Below, one piece after another: positions 10,703 through 24,758 of a DNA stretch of 64,000 nucleotides. The position numbers and the translations under genes were made by a program. The stretch's first letter is position 1, and each line of letters opens with the position of its first letter. This stretch comes from Oikopleura dioica. Taxonomy: Eukaryota; Animalia; Chordata. The DNA lies in contig OU015567.1 in NCBI GenBank assembly GCA_907165135.1, forward strand, positions 6,882,001-6,946,000, written 5' to 3'. Below the pieces are notes generated by a model. The model saw nothing but the letters and a program-made list of their open reading frames with translations. It was not told the origin of the DNA and did not search any database.

Positions 10703-13700
10703 GTGCCAGATCAGTCAGAGGAGAAGAAAAAGAGAAAATTCGCCGTGATGGAGATTGAGGATGAGCCAAGACCGAGTCCCAATATTAACGAAAAAAGAGT
10801 AGAAAAACTGGAGATTGAAAGAAAATTCCCTTACTTTGGCAGACTCTCGATCGACTATGAATCCGCCAGAGAACGATTTTCTATGCCGACGAAGGAAGAG
10901 ATCCGGGCTGCAAGAGGAAAAGATGGTGAGAGCAATGTCGCTCTTTATAAATACTGGCTGGACGACGATACGATGAACGCGATCGTCCAAAAAGAGGTCG
11001 AAGAGATGGACGAGAAAGACAAGGATCGATTCTATGTCTTTCCGATTTCTGTGTGGGTTTCTATCAAGTCGACTTCGGAAGCAGAGCATCCTAAGCACCC
11101 GGCGGACAGATATCAGCTCACCAAATCGGCGATTTGGCCGAATAGCAATTTTAAAAAGGTATTCTTGCAGGACCGCGATATGTTTTCAACTGTGTGCTAT
11201 TCAGCTTTTGGAGGGCCAGCGAAAATTCAATCCCTTCGAGCGAAAATACCTCCTCCTTCCTATAATCCACGATGCGCATTGGAACTTGGCAGTGATTGTG
11301 AATCCAATGGCAGCTATTCTCCGGCTGGCGCAGAAAGATCCACCCACAGAGAAGTTTATACGGGTAAGGCCTTTCAGAAACTTCTCTTGTGAAAGAAAGT
11401 TCTAGGGAAAAGAAGACCCATTTTTTGTTGAGAAAATATACGCTAAAATGTTCAATCTATCGGAAAATGAACGAATGGACGCGTCAAAGGTCACTCAAGA
11501 AGCTCCTTCGCTTGATGAGCCGGTGATCTACATTTTTTGTTCAAACAAGAAAAATACTTGGATTCGAAATTGTGAGCTCGCCTGTGAGTTTCTTACTGGA
11601 ATGTTTCTCGGTAAGCCTCACCATCACGGCAACTTTCTAATATTCTTCTGTAGATGAATCAAATCCGGCGTTGAAGAATCTTCAACAAGATTTTCTGAAA
11701 AAGCACCTTCTCGTGCGAAAAACTGTGAAGATGAAAGACACTGAAGGAAAAATTCTTGCTGTGAAGAAAATGCTCTCAATCGTGAATGGAAGAAAACCTA
11801 GAACACTCGTCTGTCCGCCTACAGAATCAGGAAAGCCGTGTCCATTGTGCTTCAATAACGGGAAAAACCATCACGAGAAATTCCTTCCCTTCCGTTATTA
11901 CAAGCCTTCTACTCCGACTCAGTCCAACGACTTCGATTGCGGCACTTACACTCTTTACGCTATTCGGATGTGGATGCAGCAAGAATCATTAGTGACATCT
12001 TCCTTGCATCAGGACTCGACTAGATTGTGGACTCCTGTAGATATCTACAAGTATCGCTACGAATGCAGACGGTACTTGGATAGAATCGCTGGCCGACCCG
12101 ATCGAGAGCCTGTAAATGAATTCGGTACAGCGGAGGAGAATTGCTATCTGCCCTGTCAGAAGAAGTCGTATGATCTGTTCAGGATGGTTGGCGATAATGT
12201 TGATCTGCTCAAGGCCCTTGAGAAGATTGGCAACAGTACAATTGATGATGGAAGCGAAGAAAAGGAAAGCAAGGATGAGAACGGATTGGAAAAGAAAGAG
12301 TCGAACGCGGAAGATACTGCTGTCGACGAAATTAAAGCGCTATCAGTGGGAGAAGTTGGTGAGAGCCTCGCAAACGAGGAAACAGAGAAAGTCAAGGAAA
12401 GAAAAGCTGAAAGTTTGGAGACTTGTTCAATTCAAGAAGCATCGGAGAAAGAGGACCTTCCTGCAGAGAATACTGTGGAAGAAAATAACAATCAAGATCG
12501 ACATGCAGCGGAAGCTGAAGACTCCACGAATGATGCTGCCAAATTTAAAACCATCAATTGTATTGACAGGGAAAAGGAACAGAATGAAATCATCAGTGGA
12601 TACAGAAACGTCCAGGAAGATAAATCTACCGACAGCATCTCGACAGAAGCTGATAATAGCGAAGAGATCGAATTTCACAATAAAATATCGGATAACGAGG
12701 ATGCCGACGATTCATTTCCTATTTACTCGCCTGAAGATATCTCCTCACGATTTGTTCAACTGATGATTGACGACGAGCCAGAAGACATTGAATCGGACTC
12801 CTCCATGATCGCAGAAGTCAAAGGCGTGTTCAATGAAGCTCTCATGGAAGAAAAGCAGTTAGCAAAAAGAGTTGATCCTGAACAAAAAAATTCTCCTGAA
12901 GGAAAACTTGTCAGGATCGAAGAATTTCTTAGTGAGCTGAATGAAGAGGCAGTAGTTGAGAATTCCGAGGTAGAACCAGTCAACTACAACGAAATGCCCA
13001 ATTTGGAAGCGCTTCAGAATTGTAATCAAGCTGTAATCGATGAGAAAATTGGCAGCCTTGACGAAAGTTGTGTGCAGGAAGAAGGGATAAGCATTGATGC
13101 CAGTGACTTCAGCGATAACAGTGCATCAGTTGACAGTAGAACTGTATTCAATCCTGCTACTATCGTTCGAAAAACATGGGCGTTGTAAGTTCACGTTTCC
13201 TTGCAAAGATTTTCATTCAAATTTAGTGATGTGGAAATCGACAGTAGCATTGATAGTAGCAAAGACAGTAGCATGGAAGAAAGTAACGCCAGTAGAGAGG
13301 ATTCCAAAACTGAAGATATCTCCAAGGAAGACGCCAAAAAGTCGCCAGAAGAAGAAGTCGAGAGTGAGAATGAGGTTAAAGAGGAGGAAAAAGAGAACGC
13401 TGAAAACATGGAGGAGTGCACTAATCAAGAGCCATCGACAACAAATGATTCTCCAGAGGACAATGTGAAAGAAAAGAAACCGCCGGCTAATGAAGACACT
13501 GACGATGCTATTTCCGCCAGCGAGCTCCAGAGCAGCGCGAAAAATACCTTGAATGAGACTATACAAGTCGTAGAAGTCATAATTCAAGATGCTACTGCGG
13601 CTTGCAAGAAAGACGAGCAAGTTATCATCATTGACGACAGTCTTGAAGAGGAGAGCACAGACAAACAAGAGCGAACAGAACTTGTTGAGAGCGTTCTATC

Positions 13701-15274
13701 GAGAGATTGTCCAAAAGACTTTACCGAAACGAAACGCGTCTGTGGAACGTAAGTGAATCTCAATTACCTGGTTATCAAAGCTTTAATTGTAAATTAGGGA
13801 TGCGGAAAGTGACAACGAGGTTATCGACTTGACTACAGAAGAAATGCCGGTTCTAGTGCCCAGTTTGAAAAGACAAGCCAAATTGAAGGAAATCAAAGAA
13901 GAACGAATGAGATGTGAGCGGGACTATTCACTTCATCTGGACAATCTTTACGAAAAAGAGCGAAAAGAATTCCAAGAACGGGAATTGAAACTGCATGCAC
14001 CTCATCCCAACAATGTCCGTCGATGGCTTCCTCGAAGAACGAGGATGAACGAAGTTCGTAAGTACTGTTCCATCATCATTCATTTCTTACAGTTTTTTCC
14101 CTAGGCTACAGTGATAAACAAACTCGCAAAGCACCGAAAAGGCCGCGACCGAAGGCTCCTGTAAAGAAAGTTGTAGCAGCGAAAGAACCTGAAAACGAAG
14201 TAGTTGTACCTCTGATGCTTCCTCCATCGAATATACTGAAAAAGGATCCACGTGCGAATGAACCACCTAAGAAGAAAAAGAAGAAGTCATTGGAGAAAAA
14301 GACAACTGGGATAAAACCTCTGCCAAAAATATTCGAGGGCAAAGAGCTCTCGATGTTTGACTGCGAGATCCAAACTGGTGGGATGAGATTTCAATGCAAG
14401 GCAAGTGAAGGACTGCCACCAACAACAACGAAGGAAAAATCGAATGATGAAGATCAAATCCCACGTCGGTGTCAACGAAGAGTGCCTCAAGTAGAAGCAA
14501 CTCCGGCGACTTCAAGTCTTCCATCTTCAGCGGACTCACCAGGGAGAAGAAAGAAGAAGCAGATGCTCGCCGAGGCAGTTAAAAAGAAAAAGGTTTGTAT
14601 TAAAATCTGACTCTTCAACTTAAATTCGAATTAAGGTATGTGGTGAATGCGACCGTTGCCAGCGCTTGGACGATTGTGGTCAGTGCGATTTTTGCCTGGA
14701 CAAGCCCAAGTTTGGCGGACCGAATAAACGCAAGCGTAAATGTCGGCTCCGAACATGCATCTCTGTGGGACGCGGAAAGAACTCGAGAACCAAATCACCT
14801 GTAAGAAAGCCTGTAACTTCGAAGAGACCGATCGCTCAAAAGCAACTTTCGAAGATATTTCCTCAAAGGGAACTTTCACCGCCAAAACGAAAAAGGAGGA
14901 TGAGTTACACGCCCTCAATCAGGCCCGATTTCGGATTCGAAGAAAAGCTGCAGAACCTTGAATCCGATGTTTTGAGCGCCTTCGGAGAAGTCAGGACAGA
15001 AATCCTCGAGGAGTACACAAAAATCTACGGAAAAACCGCCCTGCATTTTCATCAACGTAAATACAGAGGAGCCAGGGATGTTTTGATGAATATCAGAATT
15101 TCAAGAGCTGCTTCACAGAAGAAGGATTGGTCTTGCAGCACTTTGCATGCGAAAATAGACAAGCCTGCAATTAGCATCAAACTAAGGCGGATTCAAAATT
15201 TTGAAAAGCGAAAAAGGACTCGACATACTGCCACTGAAAAAGCCTGGTGCTGCGAAATTAACTCATCAAAATAA
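10703..15274 (+). CDS. SENP6/7-like C48 (Ulp1) peptidase + long acidic region with SIM-like motifs + CXXC zinc finger
   Basis: In-frame introns 11159-11204, 11364-11432, ~11611-11653, 13185-13226, 13749-13797, ~14058-14104 and ~14593-14635 join the ORFs. Motifs LLLPIIHDAHWNLAVIVNP, QSNDFDCGTY and CGECDRCQRLDDCGQCDFCLDKPKFGGPNKRKRKCRLRTC. Confidence 0.8.
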
Positions 15275-16441
15275 GCTGTTTCCTGTTATTCATTTACCAA
15301 TTTGCTTATTTTCCAGCCATTTCACAATAAATAATCAAAAGACAATCACAATTTCTGATTTCAATGATTTTCTTTGCAGGATTTTTTCAAGATAAAGTTT
15401 TCGAGATAATTTATTCAACACAAAAAAGTAGTATAAAATGAAACGTATAAAAGTTGTTTAATAAATATAAATTACAATATGAATTTAGCAATTTTATTAT
15501 GTGAAGCTTTTGGGTAATGAGGTCGCTCCCGAATGTTGGGATATCTATGGAACTTTGAAGCAAAGGATAAACATACGTAACTGTACGTAGAAGTTAAAGA
15601 GTCATGAAATAAAGTGCTATTTCGACGCCAACACCTACCAAGAAAAACAGGCATCTTCTGGGCCCTCTTTCAAGAGCTAAATTGGGCAATTTCTTTCCAT
15701 AAACAAGAGGTCAGTTACTTGCAGTTTTATCAAGAAAGAGACAATTGTGATATCATGGGAGGAAGTTTATTGAAGAATTTTGCAATGCTGGCCATTTATA
15801 AATATTAAAGAAAAAAAGTGAAAATGTCACTTTCTAGCGCCGCCTCGTAGAAATAAGGACCTGGTCCATTACTTTACCGAGGAGCTGCTGATTCAGCTCA
15901 GGCTTCAGCAAGTTTTAGGTACTGTAACAGTTACAGTCAGTACCTGGCTTTTTCTTATTTTTTCTATGAAAAAAATATGATACATAATGTAATATATGTG
16001 GAGATTTGGTACTTTGAGTGTAGATTCTATAATACATGAGTGTGTGTGTAATATTATTAAATACTTAAATAATAATAATAATATTAAAACTGAAATGAAA
16101 CTGATGGCTTTTTGAAGAAAACGGCCAGTAATAGTAATAATTAGTTGTACAGGTATTTAGGTAGATCGGCTGTTTTTTTACGTTACGGACACCTCGTGAA
16201 AAAAGAGGGAGTAGTAGCGAATCGTGAACAAAAAATATTGTGCGTTTTACAGCAGATAAGCTTTTGACGTTTCCGTTTTTGCAGAAAGAGAAAAGGAGAA
16301 AGGGAGTTCTTGAAATTGAAGAGAGTTCCACCAGTAGTCGTTGAATTTCGCGCTCGTTGAAGTCGATTCTTTGGGACTTTTAAAAAATATGTTGAAATTT
16401 GAGTGTTTCCGTTGATGTTTCCGTTTGTTGAAAAGTTTGTT

Positions 16442-19336
<2,895 letters not shown>

Positions 19337-19753
19337 GCAGCGATTTGCTCTACTGTCAGAAGTATTCACCTTCGCGACGATTGAGTAGTCAGCACGTCAA
19401 ACTGAATAGAAGAGAGTAGAACACGGTGATTCGCGGCGCCTTGTCAATCTACGCGAAAATCAACATCCTTAACTTCAATCACGACTTCAACCAAATCTTT
19501 TAGCCGAACAACAAAATCGCCGATAGGATGGGCTTCTAGAAACATTCCCGTTTTTGAAACTTCATCGAAATCATTTGAAAAGAGGACCGAGTCTTCCAGT
19601 TTTCAAAGGCAGGCATTTATTATTTAAAAAGGGCCGAAAAAGAACGTCAAATTAAAGAAAAGGTTGAAAGGCTTAATTGGATGGGCCAGTTCGGGAGAAA
19701 TTTTAATTTTCAAATGAACTTATTGAAGATTGTGTGAATCGAATACTAAGGAT

Positions 19754-19897
19754 CTGAGCTCGGCAACCTGTGTAGAAAACCTGAGTCAGGGTCTAAAAGA
19801 GGATGAATGAAAAGCGGCTTCGTTATAAAAAAGCCGCTTCTCATTCAAGGTGTTTTGGGCACTGACTCAGGTTTACTACACAGGTTGCCGAACTCAG
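19754..19897. mobile_element. MITE family A copy
   Basis: ctgagctcggcaacctgtgtagaaaacctgagtcagg ... ctgactcaggtttactacacaggttgccgaactcag. Confidence 0.88.
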
Positions 19898-20391
19898 CTT
19901 TTTTGATCGAAACCGCAAGTGTCTTTTGGATTGGAAGGAAAAACTCACCTTGTTTAACATTCTCTCTTTTGCATGAAAATTTCTTCGAATGAGTCGATGC
20001 GAGTCTTCGTTGATTTCTTCTGCGAAAAAAGAAAGTTCGATTTCTTTCAATTTGCCTGGCTGATTATTTTTCCTTATCTCAGTCTGAAAAGAAAAGCCGT
20101 TTTTATTTTAGAAAAAGGAGCAGCTAGCTTCTGCAAGAAAAGAGAGAAGGAGTGTTCGCTTTCAGAAATAGTTCGATTCCGATTATTCCACAGGGACCTT
20201 CCATCTCACCCATGCGCCTCTCACCTCACATGCCCATCCCTTTTTTCTTATGAAGCAGACGGGCAGCGTATTATTGCCAATGGGCGCACGTGGCTTTCGA
20301 TTTAATAATAGGGCGAGTCTAATAAAATTTTTAATCCCCGAAAAAGTTATAAACATTTCTTCGAACTTCAATGGAGCCACCCGAAAGTTGA

Positions 20392-20490
20392 ACTCGGCAA
20401 CCTGTGAAGAAAACCTGAGTCAGGGTCAGAGAAATCTTCAATGAAGAGCCTCAGACCCTGACTCAAGTTTTCAACGCAGTTTCCCGAGTC
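20392..20490. mobile_element. MITE family A minimal copy
   Basis: actcggcaacctgtgaagaaaacctgagtcagggtc ... gaccctgactcaagttttcaacgcagtttcccgagt. Confidence 0.82.
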
Positions 20491-21434
20491 CAGAGATCAT
20501 CATTGTCGATTTTTGAGATTTTGACCAATTAGCGCCAGAATCGAAAAAAATTGACAATCTTGAGCCCTATTTCCGAAATTGGACCAATAATGTCGACAAG
20601 GCACCATCTTGGGAAGTGAGAATGTAGCCCTAACCTCAAACAGGAACAGATCATAGCGACAATTTCCTGAAAAGGCCATTGAAACGTTTTTTTCTATTAT
20701 TTGATTCCCAGAAAAGCGTCAACTGACCCAATAAAATTTGGAAAATACTCGGAATTCTATAGTCTTTAATTTTCAGTGAAAGGCCAGGATTAACGAGTTC
20801 AAAGAATCAATTAATCGCATTTAATGACAGCGAATAGTGTTTTTACTGCGGAAGGAATTCGAAAATCAATAGCTAATAATAATTATATTTTTTGATGATT
20901 ATTATCATTTTGGATGAAAAAGAGGCACTTACAGTTTGATTTCTGAGTTTTTCTGATTTTTCTTTTTTATTTCTCTTAATTTTTTCCTTCGAAATAAGCT
21001 TTGAAGCAATTAAAATCAGGAAAAAGTTTTCAAAAGTAGTATCACGTGGTTGCTGAAAATGCGGAATTGCATCGATTTTCGCCTTTGCTTTTTCGGCGAA
21101 AAGAGAGCCACGTGCTCTATCTTTTTGAGATGATAAAGCGGATTTTTTCTGCGAAATTCTTTTGTTTCCCGCGGCGGAAAACAGTTGTTATCCAAGAAAT
21201 TATCCCTTTTGTTATTCCTCGAAAATCTGCCTCTCTCTCTCTCTGTCTCTTGACTTTCCGCTCTAGCTCAGGAAATCATAAAAAATCTTGAGAAACAAGA
21301 ATCTTACGCTTTCTCTTTCGCCTTTGAAAAAGTTAACGATATAAATGTAGAGGAAAAAATAATGGACAGAGAGAAATAGAGGAGAGCCTCGTAAAACAGA
21401 TACAATTGTACAATTACGCGAAACTGTAAATTTA

Positions 21435-21590
21435 GGCTCGGCAGCCTGTGTAAAATAACCTGAGTCATGGTTCTGAAAAATCGCAAATTAAAGCCGTGCA
21501 AGACGGTAAATTTAACCAAACCGCTTGGCTTTTATCTCAATTTTTTTTTCAAACCTTGACTCAGGTTTTCTACACAGGATTCTGACTCAG
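21435..21590. mobile_element. MITE family A copy (degenerate)
   Basis: ggctcggcagcctgtgtaaaataacctgagtcatgg ... ccttgactcaggttttctacacagg. Confidence 0.78.
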
Positions 21591-22696
21591 AATTTCTGAG
21601 CCAATCAGTATGATATCTAAAGAAATATGACTGAAATTTAAATGACCGACGGGCCCGTTTTTAACTGTCATTTTCATCAATAATAATTGGAAATTATAAT
21701 TAATTATTCGAAGGATATTGAACTCTAGTCTTGAGTTCATTAAATGAACCGCGGCTAAAGAGAAAGAGAGATTGTAGGAGATTTCGGAGAAGCCGAAAAT
21801 CAATGATGATTTGGGGCAATTGGCGAAATTAATCATGGATTAGCAAGACTAGTGTCTCGATGACAAGACTGGGTTAACCGGAGATCAATTTTGCCGGCAG
21901 GAAAATCATGAATCAGGATTTAATTTTCGCTACTCAGCCTTTTTTTTCATCAATTTCAAAGGGACTTTTCTCTATTTTTTCTTTCCTTCTTACTGTCTGC
22001 TTTTCTTTTCTCTCTGAAACTATTTTGGAGTGAGGCTGTACTTGCCACATTTCCGGCAGCCTTGAGGAAGAGAAGACTGTAGTTAAATTGCTCATAATTA
22101 ATTTGATGTGGAAAGTAGAGTTACCGAAATGCCGTATTCTAAATATTTAGAAAGAGTTGACCCGGGGCTGATAGTTGCTAAGGAGATCCGTTCGCCAAGC
22201 TGCGCGTATCCGTGGAATATCTATTATTTATCGATTCTCCGTTCTGATTTTCTCTATTTTCTAGCTCTTGGAAATCGTCGAAAATCGAATCGAGAAAGCG
22301 ACAAATCGCCAAAATCTCAGGGCGGCGGGGTATTTTATTTATGCAGCTTCGAGAAAAAAAGCTGGAATTGATTTGCTAGATTGAAATTGAAGGGAGTGGT
22401 AAATTAGCCACAACGAGCTCCTCAAATGAGCCCAGATCAATCAAAATCATCAACTTCAAGTTTCGCTCGTTTTTCTTCTCTCTTTTGGAGTCTTTTCAAA
22501 AACAAGCGGGAAGAAATTCAACCCACTTGAACTTGATTGTTGGCCACGCAGGAATCAAGTTCAAAGTCCGAAAGGGACTGAAAGCGGCGATTATCAGCTG
22601 CGGGTAGTCATACCTAGCTACTCATAGCTTTAATCACGGAAAAATTTTGAAAACCCAATTTTGTCAAATTCGAAAAAAAATGTGTCAAGTCTCTTT

Positions 22697-22769
22697 CTGA
22701 GCTCGGCGACCTGAGTAGAATTCCTGACTCAGATTCTGAAAGGTATTCTACACAGGTTGCCAAGTACAG
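22697..22769. mobile_element. MITE family A collapsed copy
   Basis: ctgagctcggcgacctgagtagaat ... attctacacaggttgccaagtacag. Confidence 0.65.
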
Positions 22770-23758
22770 GTTTTTCAATCGCAGAATAACTCTATTTTCT
22801 TTCGAAAAAAAGGAACGAATTAATTTTTCTTTTCGACAAAACAGATTAAAATTTTACCTTAGATCTTTTTTTCTTATAGTAAGTCTTCAGAAGGCTCTGA
22901 TTATTATGTTTCTTTCTTTTTTTTCGAAAAATGCACAAATCAGCTAGCCATGAGAAGATTGTTGAAAATTAAGATGTACTAAAATTGAGCGCTTGCGGTT
23001 TACGACTAACCAACTCATTAGCCTTTTTGGGCCACGGCCAGGGGCGTCCTTATTCTGATTTCTTATTCAAAGAAGATTAGGCTTTTTGGTCCAGTGAATA
23101 TGGAACAGGGCTTTTTGGTAGGAAGGGGATGAGGGCGAATTTGACCGTTTCTCTTGGAATCTCTTTCTCTTCTGAAGAATCGTCGATAAATCTCTGTATC
23201 AGCAATCCCTGTGACGATAAACTCTTATCCGAAATGGTCAATTTGCCCTTGAGCAAAGTCAGTATTGTGTGCCTGAGGCTGTGGCCCGTGCCCGCAAAGG
23301 CGTGGGCGTCAACCCAATTATATTATTTTCTAATGCGCGTTGTTGTGTGTGCCCAAAAAAGGCCCGCTGCTGTCACTCTCTTCTGAGTCCTCCTGTTAGC
23401 GAAAAGCGAGAAAGCTTCATATTTTGGATTTTGACACGCAGGAAAAGATTAGTTTCGATAATCCGCCGTGAGATGGCGCTAAACTTCGGCTGCTTTAGGA
23501 AAAATCAATTTTACTTATTAGTTATGACCTAATAATTGCCATAAATAGAAAGAGAAGAGAAAGCATTTGAAAGAACATAAATATATATATTTTGTTTCTT
23601 CAGGAACTAGTTCTTGGTCGTGCACAGACTGTGTACTGTTGAAAATTGCAATTGGAGTACTACAGTAGCGAAGTACAGTAATCAGGAGAGAAAGAGGCAA
23701 CTGTTTTCATAATTAAATTACAGCCGGAAAATGAGATTTGAAAGATAAAATAGGGTAG

Positions 23759-23949
23759 CCCCATTTTAACGGTAAATTACTTCGGAAGGTCACCACCTTA
23801 ATGGATCTCACATCCCTCAAAAGGCCCCCTTTTTAACAGGTTTTCAGGGATGTTACATAACAAATTTTCAGAAAATCCGTTAAAAAGGGGCCCTTCAAAA
23901 AGTCCGTCAAGATCAAGACCCTCAAAAATATTTTCCCGTTAAAGTGGGG
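23759..23949. repeat. MITE-like inverted repeat
   Basis: ccccattttaacgg vs ccgttaaagtgggg, plus an inner aaggccccctttttaac / gttaaaaaggggccctt pair. Confidence 0.6.
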
Positions 23950-24758
23950 ACCCCCTTTTTGAGCAAGAAATTTTTAGAATTGTAATTTGTACTTTGAGTC
24001 AGAATTAAAGCGGAAATGGAGGGGTTAATAATCTCGATCATACAAGTCAATAAATCGTAAAAGTTAAAAAGATTGGTGGGCAAATATTTGAGCTTCTGTC
24101 TTGCTACTGGTTGATAAACAGAAAAAGTTGCAAACTGTTTATATCGAAAATATTGGATTTGGGAGTTATGCGCTAAGAATGACCTGAAAATACCGAATAA
24201 AATGCTTGAAATCATAACTGGAAGAAAAAGCTGAAAAGAATTCATGATTCTAGTATAATCTCGAATAATAATAAGACAAAAAGATATTGCAGCGAGTCGC
24301 GGAGAACAGAATATTCGTTTGTTTGAATTTTTGAAAATAAAACAAGAATAGATTTTTCAGAAAATTTTGAAAAGTTTTTTCTGAAGACATAGAAGAAAAC
24401 TGAAGACACTTTTAGTTGGGTCTCGACAAATTCAATATTTGAAAGAGAGAAGCGAAACTTTTTTTTGGAAACGAAAAATAAGAAGAAGATAAGGCTATTT
24501 TTTTGTTAGTGTTGTATTTTTTAGCATCGTTTGTACACTAGTTTGGGTTTTAACTTTGAAGAGAAGTGCGGATTCAATAAAGTTTTAAATAAAAAATAAG
24601 CATAATAATATATATCTCTAGGTTGATTGCTCATTATCAGCTTTTAACATACAGGGCAGCATTACAGTAAGTTTCGTAAGAAAAAGGTTGATAAGAGAAT
24701 CTTCGTTTTTGACTTTTCGGTGGTAGAGAATTGGAAATAAGTTAGGAAAAGAATCTGG

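Noticed and set aside
11786-14961. Many overlapping alternate-frame and antisense ORFs here and over SMC1
   Set aside because: Shadows of long, compositionally biased coding exons.
22100-23400. Scattered ORF-like segments that might be distal DYRK exons or another gene
   Set aside because: Stops in all frames and no consistent splice path.
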